A stretch of 64,000 bases of DNA from Thermoplasmatota archaeon. Lineage in GTDB: Archaea > Thermoplasmatota > SW-10-69-26 > JACQPN01 > JAJPHT01. The position numbers and the translations under genes were made by a program. A model generated the notes under the pieces. That model ran no database searches. It saw nothing but the letters and a program-made list of their open reading frames with translations, and was not told the origin of the DNA. Of this stretch, positions 29,347 through 38,744 are shown piece by piece. How positions within the stretch are numbered: the stretch's first letter is position 1; each line of letters begins with the position of its first letter. The stretch is taken from contig DATLGO010000048.1 in the NCBI GenBank assembly GCA_035540375.1, positions 27,772 to 91,771 on the forward strand, written 5' to 3'.

Positions 29347-31404
29347 ATGACCCGCGCCATCGTCCTCGCCCTTCTCCTCGCGCTTCCCGCCGCCCTCGCC
29401 GGGTGCTTCGCGCCCGCCGATGAGGACCTGCGCCCCGGAAGCGTCGACCTGCTCGAGGGACTCGTCGTCGAGGGCGCGAAGGCGACACGTCTCGAAAACG
29501 GCGACCTGAACCTCGTGTGGGAGGGCGTGATCGAGGGCAAGAGCGTCCCCGTCGTGTTCCCGGTCCCGGAGGGCGTCACGTACGTCGAGGCGACCGCGAC
29601 GGTTCCTGCCGGACGCTCGCTCGACCTGCGCGTCGTCGGCAACTCGACGGGGCGGCTCCTTTGCAACACCCACAAGACGGCGAGCTTCCTCGTCGACGCG
29701 AAGGGCCGCGTCTCGTGCTCGGGCCTCGGCGTCGCGTCGCCGGGCGAGGACTGGAAGGCGATGCTCGGCGCGTCGAATTCGCTCTCGGCGCCCGCACCGT
29801 TCGTGCTCTCGGTGAACCTCAGCACCGCGCCCCTCGACGGGTCCGCCGCGCTCATCCGCTGGGACCGGCTCTCGCGCCCGATCCACAAGGCGCTCGAGAC
29901 GGAGACGGTGAAGGTGCCCGCAAGCGTCGACGGGGCGAAGCTCCACGTCGAGGTCACGCGCCCCGCTATCGAGGAGAAGGTTCCGACCATCCTCGTGTCG
30001 AGCCCGTACAACTACAATGCGCGCGCGGCGGGCAACCGCCCGTCGGATTCGCTCATCCTCGCGATGGTGCCGCGCGGGTATGCCGTCGTCGTCGCGGACG
30101 TGCGCGGCTTCGGCAACTCGGAAGGGTGCGTCGAGGTATGGGGTCCGAAGGAGCAGAAGGACCAGTACGACCTCGTGGAGTGGGTCGCCGCGCAGCCGTG
30201 GAGCGACGGCAAGGTCGCGTTCTACGGGCAGAGCTACGTGGCGACGACCCCCGTCGAGGCGGCCGTCCAGCGCCCGCCCCACCTCACGACGATCGCGATC
30301 GTCGCGCCCGTCATGAACACGTGGGCCGACTGGCACTTCGGCGGCGTCCCGAACGGCGAAAACGTCGGGTCTCCGCGCAGCTACCAGCAGGGCGGCACGG
30401 AGACGACGCCCGAGGACGGGAACCCGCTCGCGACGGTCGCGCACACGGCGAACGGCTTCTGCGACGTCACGCTCGCGGCGCGCGCGAACGACCCGCGCGC
30501 GCTTTACGACGCGTTCTACAAGGAGCGCAACTTCACGGCGCGCGCGAAGGAGATCAACGTCCCCGTGTTCTACACGCAGGGCTTCTGGGACGAGAACGTG
30601 AAGGGCGAGATGATCGTCGGCTTCTTCGACGCGCTCGACGTCCCGAAGCGCGCCTTCTACGGCCCCTGGCACCACCAGCACGCGGTGCGCGCGGACATGG
30701 AGCTCACGCTGCGCGCCTGGTTCGACCACTGGCTCAAGGGCATCGAGACGGGCGTCATGGACGGACCCCTCGTCGAGGTCCGCACGCCGCAGGGCCTCGC
30801 GCGCGAGGCCGAATCGTGGCCGCCGGCCCACGCGACGCCGCGCGCGTTCCACCTCGCGTCCGGGAAGCTCCAGGACGCGTCCGGGGCGGGCGAATCCACG
30901 TATCTCGCCTTCCCCGCGAAGACGGTCCTCGCGAACCTCCTCCCGATGGCGCCGACGCCGACCGCGGTCCGCTTCGCGTCGGAGCCGCTCGCCGAGCCTC
31001 TCTACGTGTCGGGCAAGGGCGTGTTCCGCTTCAACGCGAAGCTCGCGGGCGCGGACAACTCCTACTTCGCGGCGTACCTCCGCGACGTCGCGCCCGACGG
31101 AACCTCGACGCTCCTCACGTTCGGGTGGCTGAACGCGGCCCATCGCTTCGGGCACGAGCGGTACGAGCCGGTGCCGCCGAACGCCCCCGTCGCGTACGCG
31201 CTTTCGCTCCTTCCCGCGGACCACGTCGTCCTCGCGGGCCACAAGCTCGTCCTCGAAGTCCGCTCGGCGGACCTCGCGGACTGGTCGCAGGCCGGCGGCG
31301 CGACGGAACCCGGTCTCGTGACGCTCGACCACGCGCGAAGCGCGCTCGAGCTGCCGACGCTCCCGCTCGAATCGCTCGCGCCCGCGCCGCGGTCGGCCGC
31401 GTGA
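29347..31404 (+). CDS. CocE/NonD-family alpha/beta hydrolase (X-Pro dipeptidyl-peptidase S15-like), lipoprotein-type signal
   Basis: MTRAIVLALLLALPAALAGC (lipobox-like). ...VADVRGFGNSEGCVEVWGPKEQKDQYDLVEWVAAQPWSDGKVAFYGQSYVATT matches the S15 family nucleophile region, with a C-terminal beta-sandwich. Confidence 0.8.
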   Translation: MTRAIVLALLLALPAALAGCFAPADEDLRPGSVDLLEGLVVEGAKATRLENGDLNLVWEGVIEGKSVPVVFPVPEGVTYVEATATVPAGRSLDLRVVGNSTGRLLCNTHKTASFLVDAKGRVSCSGLGVASPGEDWKAMLGASNSLSAPAPFVLSVNLSTAPLDGSAALIRWDRLSRPIHKALETETVKVPASVDGAKLHVEVTRPAIEEKVPTILVSSPYNYNARAAGNRPSDSLILAMVPRGYAVVVADVRGFGNSEGCVEVWGPKEQKDQYDLVEWVAAQPWSDGKVAFYGQSYVATTPVEAAVQRPPHLTTIAIVAPVMNTWADWHFGGVPNGENVGSPRSYQQGGTETTPEDGNPLATVAHTANGFCDVTLAARANDPRALYDAFYKERNFTARAKEINVPVFYTQGFWDENVKGEMIVGFFDALDVPKRAFYGPWHHQHAVRADMELTLRAWFDHWLKGIETGVMDGPLVEVRTPQGLAREAESWPPAHATPRAFHLASGKLQDASGAGESTYLAFPAKTVLANLLPMAPTPTAVRFASEPLAEPLYVSGKGVFRFNAKLAGADNSYFAAYLRDVAPDGTSTLLTFGWLNAAHRFGHERYEPVPPNAPVAYALSLLPADHVVLAGHKLVLEVRSADLADWSQAGGATEPGLVTLDHARSALELPTLPLESLAPAPRSAA

Positions 31405-31722
31405 TCACGCAAGCGGCGTCGGCGCGAATCCGGCCGCAAGGCGCGCGAGGAGGTCGCGCGCCGCGTCCCACTCCTCGCGTCCCTCGGACGTGGCCTCGAA
31501 GCCGCGCGCCGTTTCGATGGCGCGCGCGTCCCGCAGGAGCCGGTCGAGGCTGTCCTCGGCGACGTCGCGGTCGAGCGCGGGGTCGAACGCGGAAAGGCGC
31601 GCAAGGAGGTCCTCCCGGCGTCGCGGGGCCGCCGCGACCTCTGAAAGGATGAGCGACTCAGCGACCGTCCGTCGGGCGCGGTCCAGGTACTTTTCTCCCA
31701 AGGTGCCCAAGGTCCCTTTCAC
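31405..31722 (-). CDS. hypothetical protein
   Basis: 105-aa ORF with an ATG start and genome-typical codon use. No family recognised. Confidence 0.3.
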   Translation of the reverse strand: MKGTLGTLGEKYLDRARRTVAESLILSEVAAAPRRREDLLARLSAFDPALDRDVAEDSLDRLLRDARAIETARGFEATSEGREEWDAARDLLARLAAGFAPTPLA

Positions 31723-31866
31723 CCGACGTCGCAGGCGGGCGGGCGAGCAAGAACGTGGCGCCTTGGAGAAGGGCTGTACAACAATCCTTGACCGGATTCC
31801 CGCGCGAGCCCGGGCGGGCTCCTATCGAGGCGAATCTTCATCATCGAGGCCGCGCGTGGGCGCGGC

Positions 31867-32394
31867 ATGCGGTTCTCGTTCGAGGCGGCGGGGTTCGACC
31901 TCGCGCCGGGCGCCCTTTTCGGCGGCGAGATCCTCGCGGAGCCCGGCCCCGGCGGCCTGCGCGCGGAGCCCGCGGGAACCCCGGACCGCCTCCACCTCGT
32001 GGACGGCCGCATCCGCGCGACGGGCCGCGTGCTCTACGCGGCCCGGGAGACGTGGACGCGGAGCGACCTCGGCGCCGAGCCGCGGCGCCGCGTCGTCGCC
32101 TCGCTCTTCGCGGGAGGGCTCACGGTCCTCGTCATCGCGGATGCCGGCGACGAGCCCCGCGAGGGCGTCCCCGCGACGGTCGAGGGCCCGTTCCGCATGG
32201 TCCTCGCCCCGGGGGACGAGCGCGCTCCGCCCCGGCCGCGCGCGGACAGCCTCGTCACGTGCCCGCTGACCTTGCGCACGGCGCACGTCGCGCCGGGAAG
32301 GACGCCGGTCGTCGAGGCCGACGTCGTCCGCGTGTGGCCGGTGGAGGTCCTCATGCCGGGGGAAGGCGGGCGCGCCGAGCGCCTGCGCCTGTGA
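31867..32394 (+). CDS. hypothetical protein
   Basis: 175-aa ORF with very high GC3 in this frame. No family recognised. Confidence 0.35.
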   Translation: MRFSFEAAGFDLAPGALFGGEILAEPGPGGLRAEPAGTPDRLHLVDGRIRATGRVLYAARETWTRSDLGAEPRRRVVASLFAGGLTVLVIADAGDEPREGVPATVEGPFRMVLAPGDERAPPRPRADSLVTCPLTLRTAHVAPGRTPVVEADVVRVWPVEVLMPGEGGRAERLRL

Positions 32395-32512
32395 AGCAAA
32401 GGTATAAGACGGACCACGGATTCCAGCGGTTGCTCCCGAGGTTGTTCCGGGCCCGAAGAGCCGGGATCCGGAAGGAATTCGGGGCCTTCAGCAACCCCTC
32501 GAGGTCGAAACC

Positions 32513-32824
32513 ATGGCTCACACGGCCCGCATCTCCCTTGCCGGCACCGACCCCAAGAAGGTCGACAGCGTCTGCATCCAGATCAAGACCATCGCCGAGC
32601 GCACGGGCGTCCGCATGTCCGGCCCCGTCCCGCTCCCGACGAAGCGCCTCGTCGTCCCCGCCCGCAAGTCGCCCGACGGCGAGGGCTCGGAGACGTACGA
32701 CCACTGGCAGCTGCGCGTCCACAAGCGCCTCATCGACATCGACGCCGACGAGCGCGCCCTCCGCCAGCTCATGCGCATCCAGGTCCCGGACTCGGTCAAC
32801 ATCGAGATCGTCCTCCGCACGTGA
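32513..32824 (+). CDS. rpsJ: 30S ribosomal protein S10 (uS10)
   Basis: [76 protein letters not shown], archaeal uS10. Confidence 0.95.
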   Translation: MAHTARISLAGTDPKKVDSVCIQIKTIAERTGVRMSGPVPLPTKRLVVPARKSPDGEGSETYDHWQLRVHKRLIDIDADERALRQLMRIQVPDSVNIEIVLRT

Positions 32825-32906
32825 GGACCCGACCGGTCCACAGGGGCGGTCCGCCACAGGGGAACGCGCGATGCGTTCAAGAGGGTGGAGGAGAGACGAC
32901 AGCACC

Positions 32907-33122
32907 ATGTCGGACCTTCGCTCGTTCATCGGCAGCCGCTGCCCCCACTGCGCCCAGGACATCCTGCAGCCCGCTCCGGAGACCGCGCGGATGCCGATCA
33001 AGGACCGCCTCTCCTGCCTCGCGTGCGGCACCGTCTTCCGGCTCGCGGACCTCGAGGAGCGCGTCGCGCGCGGCGGATTCCTCGCGCGCCTCTTCGCGCG
33101 CCCCGACCGGCGCTCGGCCTGA
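32907..33122 (+). CDS. small zinc-ribbon protein (71 aa; CPHC...CLAC)
   Basis: MSDLRSFIGSRCPHCAQDIL...LSCLACGTVF has two CxxC pairs. A GGAGG RBS is upstream, with a hairpin downstream. Confidence 0.5.
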   Translation: MSDLRSFIGSRCPHCAQDILQPAPETARMPIKDRLSCLACGTVFRLADLEERVARGGFLARLFARPDRRSA

Positions 33123-33135
33123 GCCAAGATTTTAG

Positions 33136-33161
33136 GCGCGCCGCGGACCTTCGCGGCGCGT
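33136..33161 (+). terminator. hairpin gcgcgccgcg-gacctt-cgcggcgcg after the zinc-ribbon ORF
   Basis: The inverted repeat was read from the sequence. It abuts the GTG start of the next gene. Confidence 0.35.
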
Positions 33162-33726
33162 GCGCCTTCTCTCCATTCTCCTTCCCGAGGGCTTCGACGA
33201 GGCCGACGCCGCCCTCGCGTTCCACACCCTGCGCGCGGCGCGGGCCCTTGGCGCCTCCTTCGAGACGGAGCTGCTCGCCGCCGACCCCGTGGTGCTCGGC
33301 GCGCACGGGCTGCGCGTCCTTCCTTCCCGCCTCGGGTGGGACCTCGCGCGAAGCGAGGCCATCGTTATCCCGGCCGTCGACCCCGCGCGCCTTCCCGCGA
33401 CGCTCGAGGACGCGACCCTCCTGCGCGCCCTCGCCCGCTTCGACACGGGACGTCGCCGGGTCTGCGCGCTCGGGAACGGAGCGCAGCTCGTCGCGCGCGC
33501 GGGACACGTCCGCGACCGGCGCGTCGCGGGCGCGGGCCCCCCGGGCGAGGTCCTTCGCGCCTCCGGGGCGACCGTGGAGCCGGGCCCGGTCGTCGTCGAC
33601 GGCCACGTGATCACCACCCTTCCCGGCGCGCGCGCCCGCCGGGAGGGCCTCCTCGCGCTCGTCGCGGCCCTCGAGGGGGAAGCGTTCGCCGCGCGGCTTG
33701 CGGCCGAGGGCGCCGCAAGGGCTTAG
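33160..33726 (+). CDS. DJ-1/PfpI-family protein (class I glutamine amidotransferase-like)
   Basis: RRRVCALGNGAQLVARAG is the nucleophile-elbow Cys and VVDGHVITTLPGA follows. GTG start. Confidence 0.65.
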   Translation: MRLLSILLPEGFDEADAALAFHTLRAARALGASFETELLAADPVVLGAHGLRVLPSRLGWDLARSEAIVIPAVDPARLPATLEDATLLRALARFDTGRRRVCALGNGAQLVARAGHVRDRRVAGAGPPGEVLRASGATVEPGPVVVDGHVITTLPGARARREGLLALVAALEGEAFAARLAAEGAARA

Positions 33727-33750
33727 CCCTCGCCCGCCCGTCGCGGAGCC

Positions 33751-34224
33751 GTGCCCGTCGACGAGCAGGTCCGCAAGACGCTCAGGGTCCCCGCCGAACT
33801 CCCGCCCGTCGCGAAGCTCCTCGGGATGGACCTCGCGAGCGTCGGGGCCGGCATCGCGACCTTCACGCTCGTCGCGGACGAGCGCCACCACAACCCGATG
33901 GGTTCGGTCCACGGAGGGATCCTCGCGGACCTCGCGGACGCCGCGATGGGCTTCGCGGTCATCAGCACCCTCGCCAAGGACGAGACGTTCACGACCGTGG
34001 AGATGAAGGTCGACTTCATCCGCCCGGTCTTCTCCGGGAAGCTGAGATGCCTCGCGCGCGTCGTGAACCGCGGCCGGACGCTCGCGTTCGCGGAGGCGGA
34101 GATCGAGAACAAGGAGGGGAAGATCGTCGCGAAGGCGACGAGCACGAACATGGTCCTCAAGCGCGCGGGCGACGCCGACCCGTTCCACCACCGCCTCCGC
34201 CACCGCGAGGGCCACGACGGGTGA
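33751..34224 (+). CDS. PaaI/4HBT-family hotdog thioesterase
   Basis: NPMGSVHGGILADLADAAMGFAV...TVEMKVDFIRPV...LRCLARVVNRGRTLAFAEAEI is the canonical PaaI motif order. Confidence 0.75.
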   Translation: MPVDEQVRKTLRVPAELPPVAKLLGMDLASVGAGIATFTLVADERHHNPMGSVHGGILADLADAAMGFAVISTLAKDETFTTVEMKVDFIRPVFSGKLRCLARVVNRGRTLAFAEAEIENKEGKIVAKATSTNMVLKRAGDADPFHHRLRHREGHDG

Positions 34225-34284
34225 GCCGCGGAGCGATTCGCAACGGTTAGATAGGCTCACGCGCAGTCGAGCACGGGTATCGGG

Positions 34285-35025
34285 ATGCCTCTCGACTTGA
34301 TCAGCATCGGCGTCGGCGCGGCCGCGGGCGGGATCGCCACCGCGATCGCCCTGAATCTCGGAGTCCGCAAGGTGAGGAGCGCGCCCCTGCGCGTATCGCC
34401 CCTCTGGGGCGTCGACGACGTCCGCTCGCCGGGCGCCGCGCCCCCGCGCATCATGACCGAGTACATCGGCGAGGGCGTCGCCATCCCGGACGGCGCGCGC
34501 ATCCTCGTCCCGAAGACCTCGCTTGCCACGGTGCCTCCCGACGTGCTCGCGCGCGCCGAGGTCCGCACGCACGCGGAAGTGCACACGAACGTCGTCATCG
34601 GCGACGACCGCGTGCTCGTCGTCTCGGGGGCGCTCCGCCCGAAGACCTGGGCCGCCTCCACGCTCGACGAAGCCGCCGTCGCGCGCCTCAAGGCCGAATT
34701 CCAGCGCCTCTGGGAATCCGCCGAGCCCTACTTCGAACGCGTCACGGTCGCGGAGGCCGGGGAGTTCGCGGGCCGCATGGTCGAGATCACGGGCACCGCG
34801 GGCGACCTCGTCGACTACCAGTCCCGCAAGATGCTCAAGGTCACCGACCGCGAAGGTCGTTCCGTGAGCGTGGTCACGAAGGACGCGGGCGCTGCCGGCT
34901 TCCAGGGCGCGACCGTCCGCGTGACGGGCCGCGTGAAGGGCGACGGCGCCCACCCCTTCATCGAGGCCCGGTCGATCGAGCGCGTCGCGACCGAGGAGCG
35001 CCGCGCCGCGGTCCCGGTCCGATAG
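34285..35025 (+). CDS. membrane-anchored hypothetical protein
   Basis: N-terminal TM helix (LISIGVGAAAGGIATAIALNL) followed by a soluble domain. No family recognised. Confidence 0.4.
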   Translation: MPLDLISIGVGAAAGGIATAIALNLGVRKVRSAPLRVSPLWGVDDVRSPGAAPPRIMTEYIGEGVAIPDGARILVPKTSLATVPPDVLARAEVRTHAEVHTNVVIGDDRVLVVSGALRPKTWAASTLDEAAVARLKAEFQRLWESAEPYFERVTVAEAGEFAGRMVEITGTAGDLVDYQSRKMLKVTDREGRSVSVVTKDAGAAGFQGATVRVTGRVKGDGAHPFIEARSIERVATEERRAAVPVR

Positions 35026-35065
35026 GCCCGATCGTTTTTTCTCCCCCGCGGGGCCTTGCGGCCCC

Positions 35066-36370
35066 GTGGGTTCCCTTCTCGTCCGGAACGCCGTGATCCT
35101 CACCCAGGATGCCGCGCGCCGCGTCGTGCGCGGGGACGTCCTCGTCGAGGACGGCGTCATCGCCGCCGTCGGCGAGGTCCGCGCGACCCGCCCCGACCGC
35201 GTCGTGGACGCCGCGGGCGGCCTCGTCACGCCCGGCCTCGTGAATGCGCACACGCACGTCCCGATGACCCTCTTCCGAGGGCTCGGCGACGACCTCGTGC
35301 TCGAGCGGTGGCTCGAGGACCGCATCTGGCCGGCCGAGCGCAGGCTCGACGAGCGCGCGGTGCGCGCGGGAATGCGGCTCGGCCTCGCCGAGATGATCCG
35401 CACGGGCACCACGCTCTTCGCGGACATGTACTTCTTCCCCGAGGCCCTCGCGGAGGAGACGCGTCGCGCGGGCCTTTACGCGGTCGAGGCGCACACGTTC
35501 CTCGACTTCCCCACGCCCGACGCCAAGGTGGAGGAGATGGAGTCGAAGGCCCGCGCGTTCGTGAAGCGCTTCGCGGACGATGCTCTCGTGACGCCCGCGC
35601 TCGGGCCGCACTCGACCTACGCCTGCTCGGAGGCGACGCTTGCGAAGGTCTCCGGGCTCGCGGACGAGCTGGGCGGCGCGCGACCCCTGCGCGTCCTCAC
35701 GCACTGCGCGGAGACGAGGCGCGAAGTGCTCGACGTCGAGGCGAGGAACGGGCGACGTCCCGTCGGGGTCTTCGAGAGGGCGGGCCTCTTGCGCGACGGC
35801 GTCGTCCTCGCCCACTGCGGCTGGGTGACGAAGGAGGAGGCGCGCCGCATCGGGGCCGCCGGCGCGTCCGTCGCCCACTGCCCCGTCTCGAACATGAAGC
35901 TCGCGACGGGCGGCGTCATGCCGCTTCCGGAGCTCGACGCCGCGGGCGTCGCGGTCGGCCTCGGGACGGACGGCGCGGCCTCGAACAACACGCTCGACGT
36001 CCTCGAGAGCGCGAAGTTCGCGGCGCTCGCGCAGAAGAACCACCGGTGGGACCCGACCGTCGTGCCGGCTGAGCGCGCGCTCGACCTCGCGACCCGCGAC
36101 GGCGCGCGGGCGCTCGGCTTCGGGGACGTGACGGGCTCGATCGAGCCCGGCAAGCGCGCGGACCTCGTCCTCTGGTCGACGGACGCGCCGCGGATGGCGC
36201 CGATCCACGATCCCGTGAGCGCGCTCGTCTACGCCGGGCGCGGCGACGACGCGCGCCTCGTCGTCGCGGGCGGCCGCGTGCTCTACGAGGACGGTCGGTT
36301 CGCGACGCTCGACGTGCCGCGGGTCGTGCGCGAGGCGCGGTCGGAGGCCGAGCGCGTCACGCGGCCGTGA
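35066..36370 (+). CDS. mtaD: amidohydrolase, 5'-methylthioadenosine/S-adenosylhomocysteine deaminase (MtaD/guanine deaminase family)
   Basis: GLVNAHTHVPMTLFRGLGDDL..., HCAET, and HCPVSNMKLATG...GLGTDGAASNN follow metal-dependent amidohydrolase motif order. Confidence 0.85.
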   Translation: MGSLLVRNAVILTQDAARRVVRGDVLVEDGVIAAVGEVRATRPDRVVDAAGGLVTPGLVNAHTHVPMTLFRGLGDDLVLERWLEDRIWPAERRLDERAVRAGMRLGLAEMIRTGTTLFADMYFFPEALAEETRRAGLYAVEAHTFLDFPTPDAKVEEMESKARAFVKRFADDALVTPALGPHSTYACSEATLAKVSGLADELGGARPLRVLTHCAETRREVLDVEARNGRRPVGVFERAGLLRDGVVLAHCGWVTKEEARRIGAAGASVAHCPVSNMKLATGGVMPLPELDAAGVAVGLGTDGAASNNTLDVLESAKFAALAQKNHRWDPTVVPAERALDLATRDGARALGFGDVTGSIEPGKRADLVLWSTDAPRMAPIHDPVSALVYAGRGDDARLVVAGGRVLYEDGRFATLDVPRVVREARSEAERVTRP

Positions 36371-37040
36371 CCTTCTCGACGAGGCGCGTCTCCTCGATGC
36401 GCCAGACGCCGCGGTCGCGCCGCCATTCGGGCGTCGCGCGCGTGACCTCGACGCGGGAACGGAAGAGCGGTCCGTCGAGGACGATGGTCTCGTATTCGCC
36501 GCCTTCCCCGGCTGGGTTGATGCCCTTCGACCGCGCGAGCGCCTCGAGCGCGTCGCGCGACTCCTTCGTGAGACGGCGTCCGAGCCACTCGGGGCCGAGG
36601 CCGTCGGCGCTGGCCGCGACGAACCTCACGTCGAAGGCCCCCGCGATGAGCGTGTCGAGGATCTCGAGCGGCGGCTTGTGCCAGAGCGGCGTGAAGGTCT
36701 TGAGGCCGAGCCGCTCCCCGACGCGCTCGACCCGGACGCGCTGGTATTCGCTCGCGACGGCGCCCGCGACGAGGCCGTCCACGTCGAGGCCTTCGAGGCC
36801 GCGCGCGAGGTCGTCCACCTCGCGCTCGGCTTCGCCACCGCTCTCGATCGTCACGAGCGGGAGGCCGATCGCCTCGGCGAGGACGGGCGCGACGTGGAGG
36901 TTCGGGACGTGGAACATCCACGAGTCGTCGCGGGCGGGAACGACCGTGACGAGGTGGGTGACGTCCCAGCCCTGCGAGCGCGCGACCCATGCCGCGAGCG
37001 TCGAGTCCTTGCCGCCCGAGAACAGCGCGGCGACGCGCAC
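36357..37040 (-). CDS. PP-loop ATP pyrophosphatase, MJ0570/diphthine-ammonia ligase (Dph6)-like
   Basis: VRVAALFSGGKDSTLAAW carries the SGGxDS PP-loop. The GTG start overlaps the TAG stop of the upstream CN-hydrolase gene by 1 nt. Confidence 0.65.
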   Translation of the reverse strand: MRVAALFSGGKDSTLAAWVARSQGWDVTHLVTVVPARDDSWMFHVPNLHVAPVLAEAIGLPLVTIESGGEAEREVDDLARGLEGLDVDGLVAGAVASEYQRVRVERVGERLGLKTFTPLWHKPPLEILDTLIAGAFDVRFVAASADGLGPEWLGRRLTKESRDALEALARSKGINPAGEGGEYETIVLDGPLFRSRVEVTRATPEWRRDRGVWRIEETRLVEKVTAA

Positions 37041-37837
37041 TATCGGCCCGCCTCGAGCAGCGCGCGGAGGATCTCGGGCCGGGTGTCGCGCAGCGCCGGA
37101 CGCTTCGCGCGCGCCTCGCGGACCTCGGCGAGGTCGATCTCGAGGCGCAGGATACCGGGCTCGTCGTCGGGAAGCCTCGCCTTGAGGTCGCCTTTCGGAC
37201 CCCACGCCTGGGCGCCGCCCCAGAACGGGATGGTGTCCTGGAAGCCCGCGATGTTCGTGTAGAGGAGGAAGGCGGTCGTTTCAATCGCCCGGGCGGGCAT
37301 CACGGCCTCGAAGTAGCGCTTCGACGTGACGGGGGACGCGCTGATGCAGACGATGATGTCGGCGCCCGACATCGCGAGCGTCTTCGTCACCTCCGGGAAG
37401 AAGAGGTCGTAGCAGATCGCGAGGCCGACGCGGCCGTGCGGGGTTTCGAAGACGGGAAGCGTCGAGCCTTCGCGGAACCAATGCCCCTCCTCGAACACGC
37501 TGAACGTGGGGAGGTACACCTTGTCGTAGGCGCCCTCGAGCCCGGGACCGATGATGTAGGCCGCGTTGTGCACGACGCCCCGCGCGCGGCCTTCCCGAGG
37601 CCCTCCCACGACGACGGTCATGTCCTTCGCGCGCGCGGCGTCGCGGATCGCGCGGACGGCCTCGGCCGTCTCGGCCGCGGCGAGCGGGATGCCGTCGCGC
37701 AGGCCGTAGCCCGAGAGGTACATCTCGGGAAAGGCGACGAGGTCCGCGTCCTCGCGCCGCACGACGTCGAGGACGTGGGCGAGATTGTCCTTGACGCTGC
37801 CGAGCACGGGTCGGTGGGCGACGAGCGCGACGCGCAT
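37040..37837 (-). CDS. carbon-nitrogen hydrolase (nitrilase-superfamily) protein
   Basis: MRVALVAHRP...LVAFPEMYLSGY (Glu), ...KVYLPTF (Lys), ...GLAICYDLFFPE (catalytic Cys). The start is at the internal Met of the track ORF. Confidence 0.75.
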   Translation of the reverse strand: MRVALVAHRPVLGSVKDNLAHVLDVVRREDADLVAFPEMYLSGYGLRDGIPLAAAETAEAVRAIRDAARAKDMTVVVGGPREGRARGVVHNAAYIIGPGLEGAYDKVYLPTFSVFEEGHWFREGSTLPVFETPHGRVGLAICYDLFFPEVTKTLAMSGADIIVCISASPVTSKRYFEAVMPARAIETTAFLLYTNIAGFQDTIPFWGGAQAWGPKGDLKARLPDDEPGILRLEIDLAEVREARAKRPALRDTRPEILRALLEAGR

Positions 37838-37874
37838 GCGGGGGCATCGCGCGGCCCCCCCATTGAACCTTTTT

Positions 37875-38744
37875 ATGCGGAGGGGGCGTTCCTGCCGCGT
37901 GGACCTCGCCCCGAACGCGGACATCCCGGCCGCGCGCCGCATCCTCGTCCGCTTCCTTGGCGACGCCGTCGAGCGGGCCCGCGCGGAGGGCGTCGTGCTC
38001 GGGGTCTCGGGCGGCGTCGATTCGGCCGTCGTCCTCGGGCTTGCGGTCGAGGCCCTCGGCTGCGCGCGCGTCGCGGCCTTCGCGATGCCGCACGCGACCT
38101 CGGACCCGACGGACGAGGCGCACGCGCGGCTCGTCGCGGAGCGCTTCGGGGTCGGCCTCGCGCGCGCGGAGGTGACGCCCATCACCGACGCGGTGGAGGC
38201 CGCGCTCCCCGACACGCCCTTCGATGCGCGCTCGCGCGGAAACGCGAAGTCCCGCGCGCGCATGATCCTGCTCTACGCGCACGCGAACGCGACGAACCGT
38301 CTCGTGCTCGGCACGGGCAACAAGAGCGAGCTCCTGACCGGCTACTTCACGAAATACGGCGACGGCGCGGCGGACCTCTACCCGCTCGGCGACCTCCTCA
38401 AGACGGAGGTGTTCGCGCTCGCGCGCCTTCTCGGCGTCCCGGAACCCGTCGTCGCGAAGCCCCCGAGCGCGGGCCTCGCGCCGGGGCAGACGGACGAGAG
38501 CGACCTCGGCATCGCGTACGCGGACCTCGACCGCGTCCTCGTCGGCCTCGAGGCGGGCCACGACGCCGCGACGATCGCGCGCGTCGCGCGCCTATCGCCA
38601 GCCCTCGTCGAGCGCGTCGTTCGGAGGATGCGCGATTCCGAGCACAAGCGATCGAGCCTCGTCGTGCCGAAGCTGAGCTTCCGGACCCCGGGCCTCGACT
38701 GGAGACAGCCCCGCGAGGGCGCGGCGGCGGAGGGAACACGATGA
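37875..38744 (+). CDS. nadE: NH3-dependent NAD+ synthetase
   Basis: VVLGVSGGVDSAVVLGLAVEALG (PP-loop SGGxDS), ...NRLVLGTGNKSELLTGYFTKYGDG. The start is at an internal Met (track ORF 37785). Confidence 0.85.
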   Translation: MRRGRSCRVDLAPNADIPAARRILVRFLGDAVERARAEGVVLGVSGGVDSAVVLGLAVEALGCARVAAFAMPHATSDPTDEAHARLVAERFGVGLARAEVTPITDAVEAALPDTPFDARSRGNAKSRARMILLYAHANATNRLVLGTGNKSELLTGYFTKYGDGAADLYPLGDLLKTEVFALARLLGVPEPVVAKPPSAGLAPGQTDESDLGIAYADLDRVLVGLEAGHDAATIARVARLSPALVERVVRRMRDSEHKRSSLVVPKLSFRTPGLDWRQPREGAAAEGTR

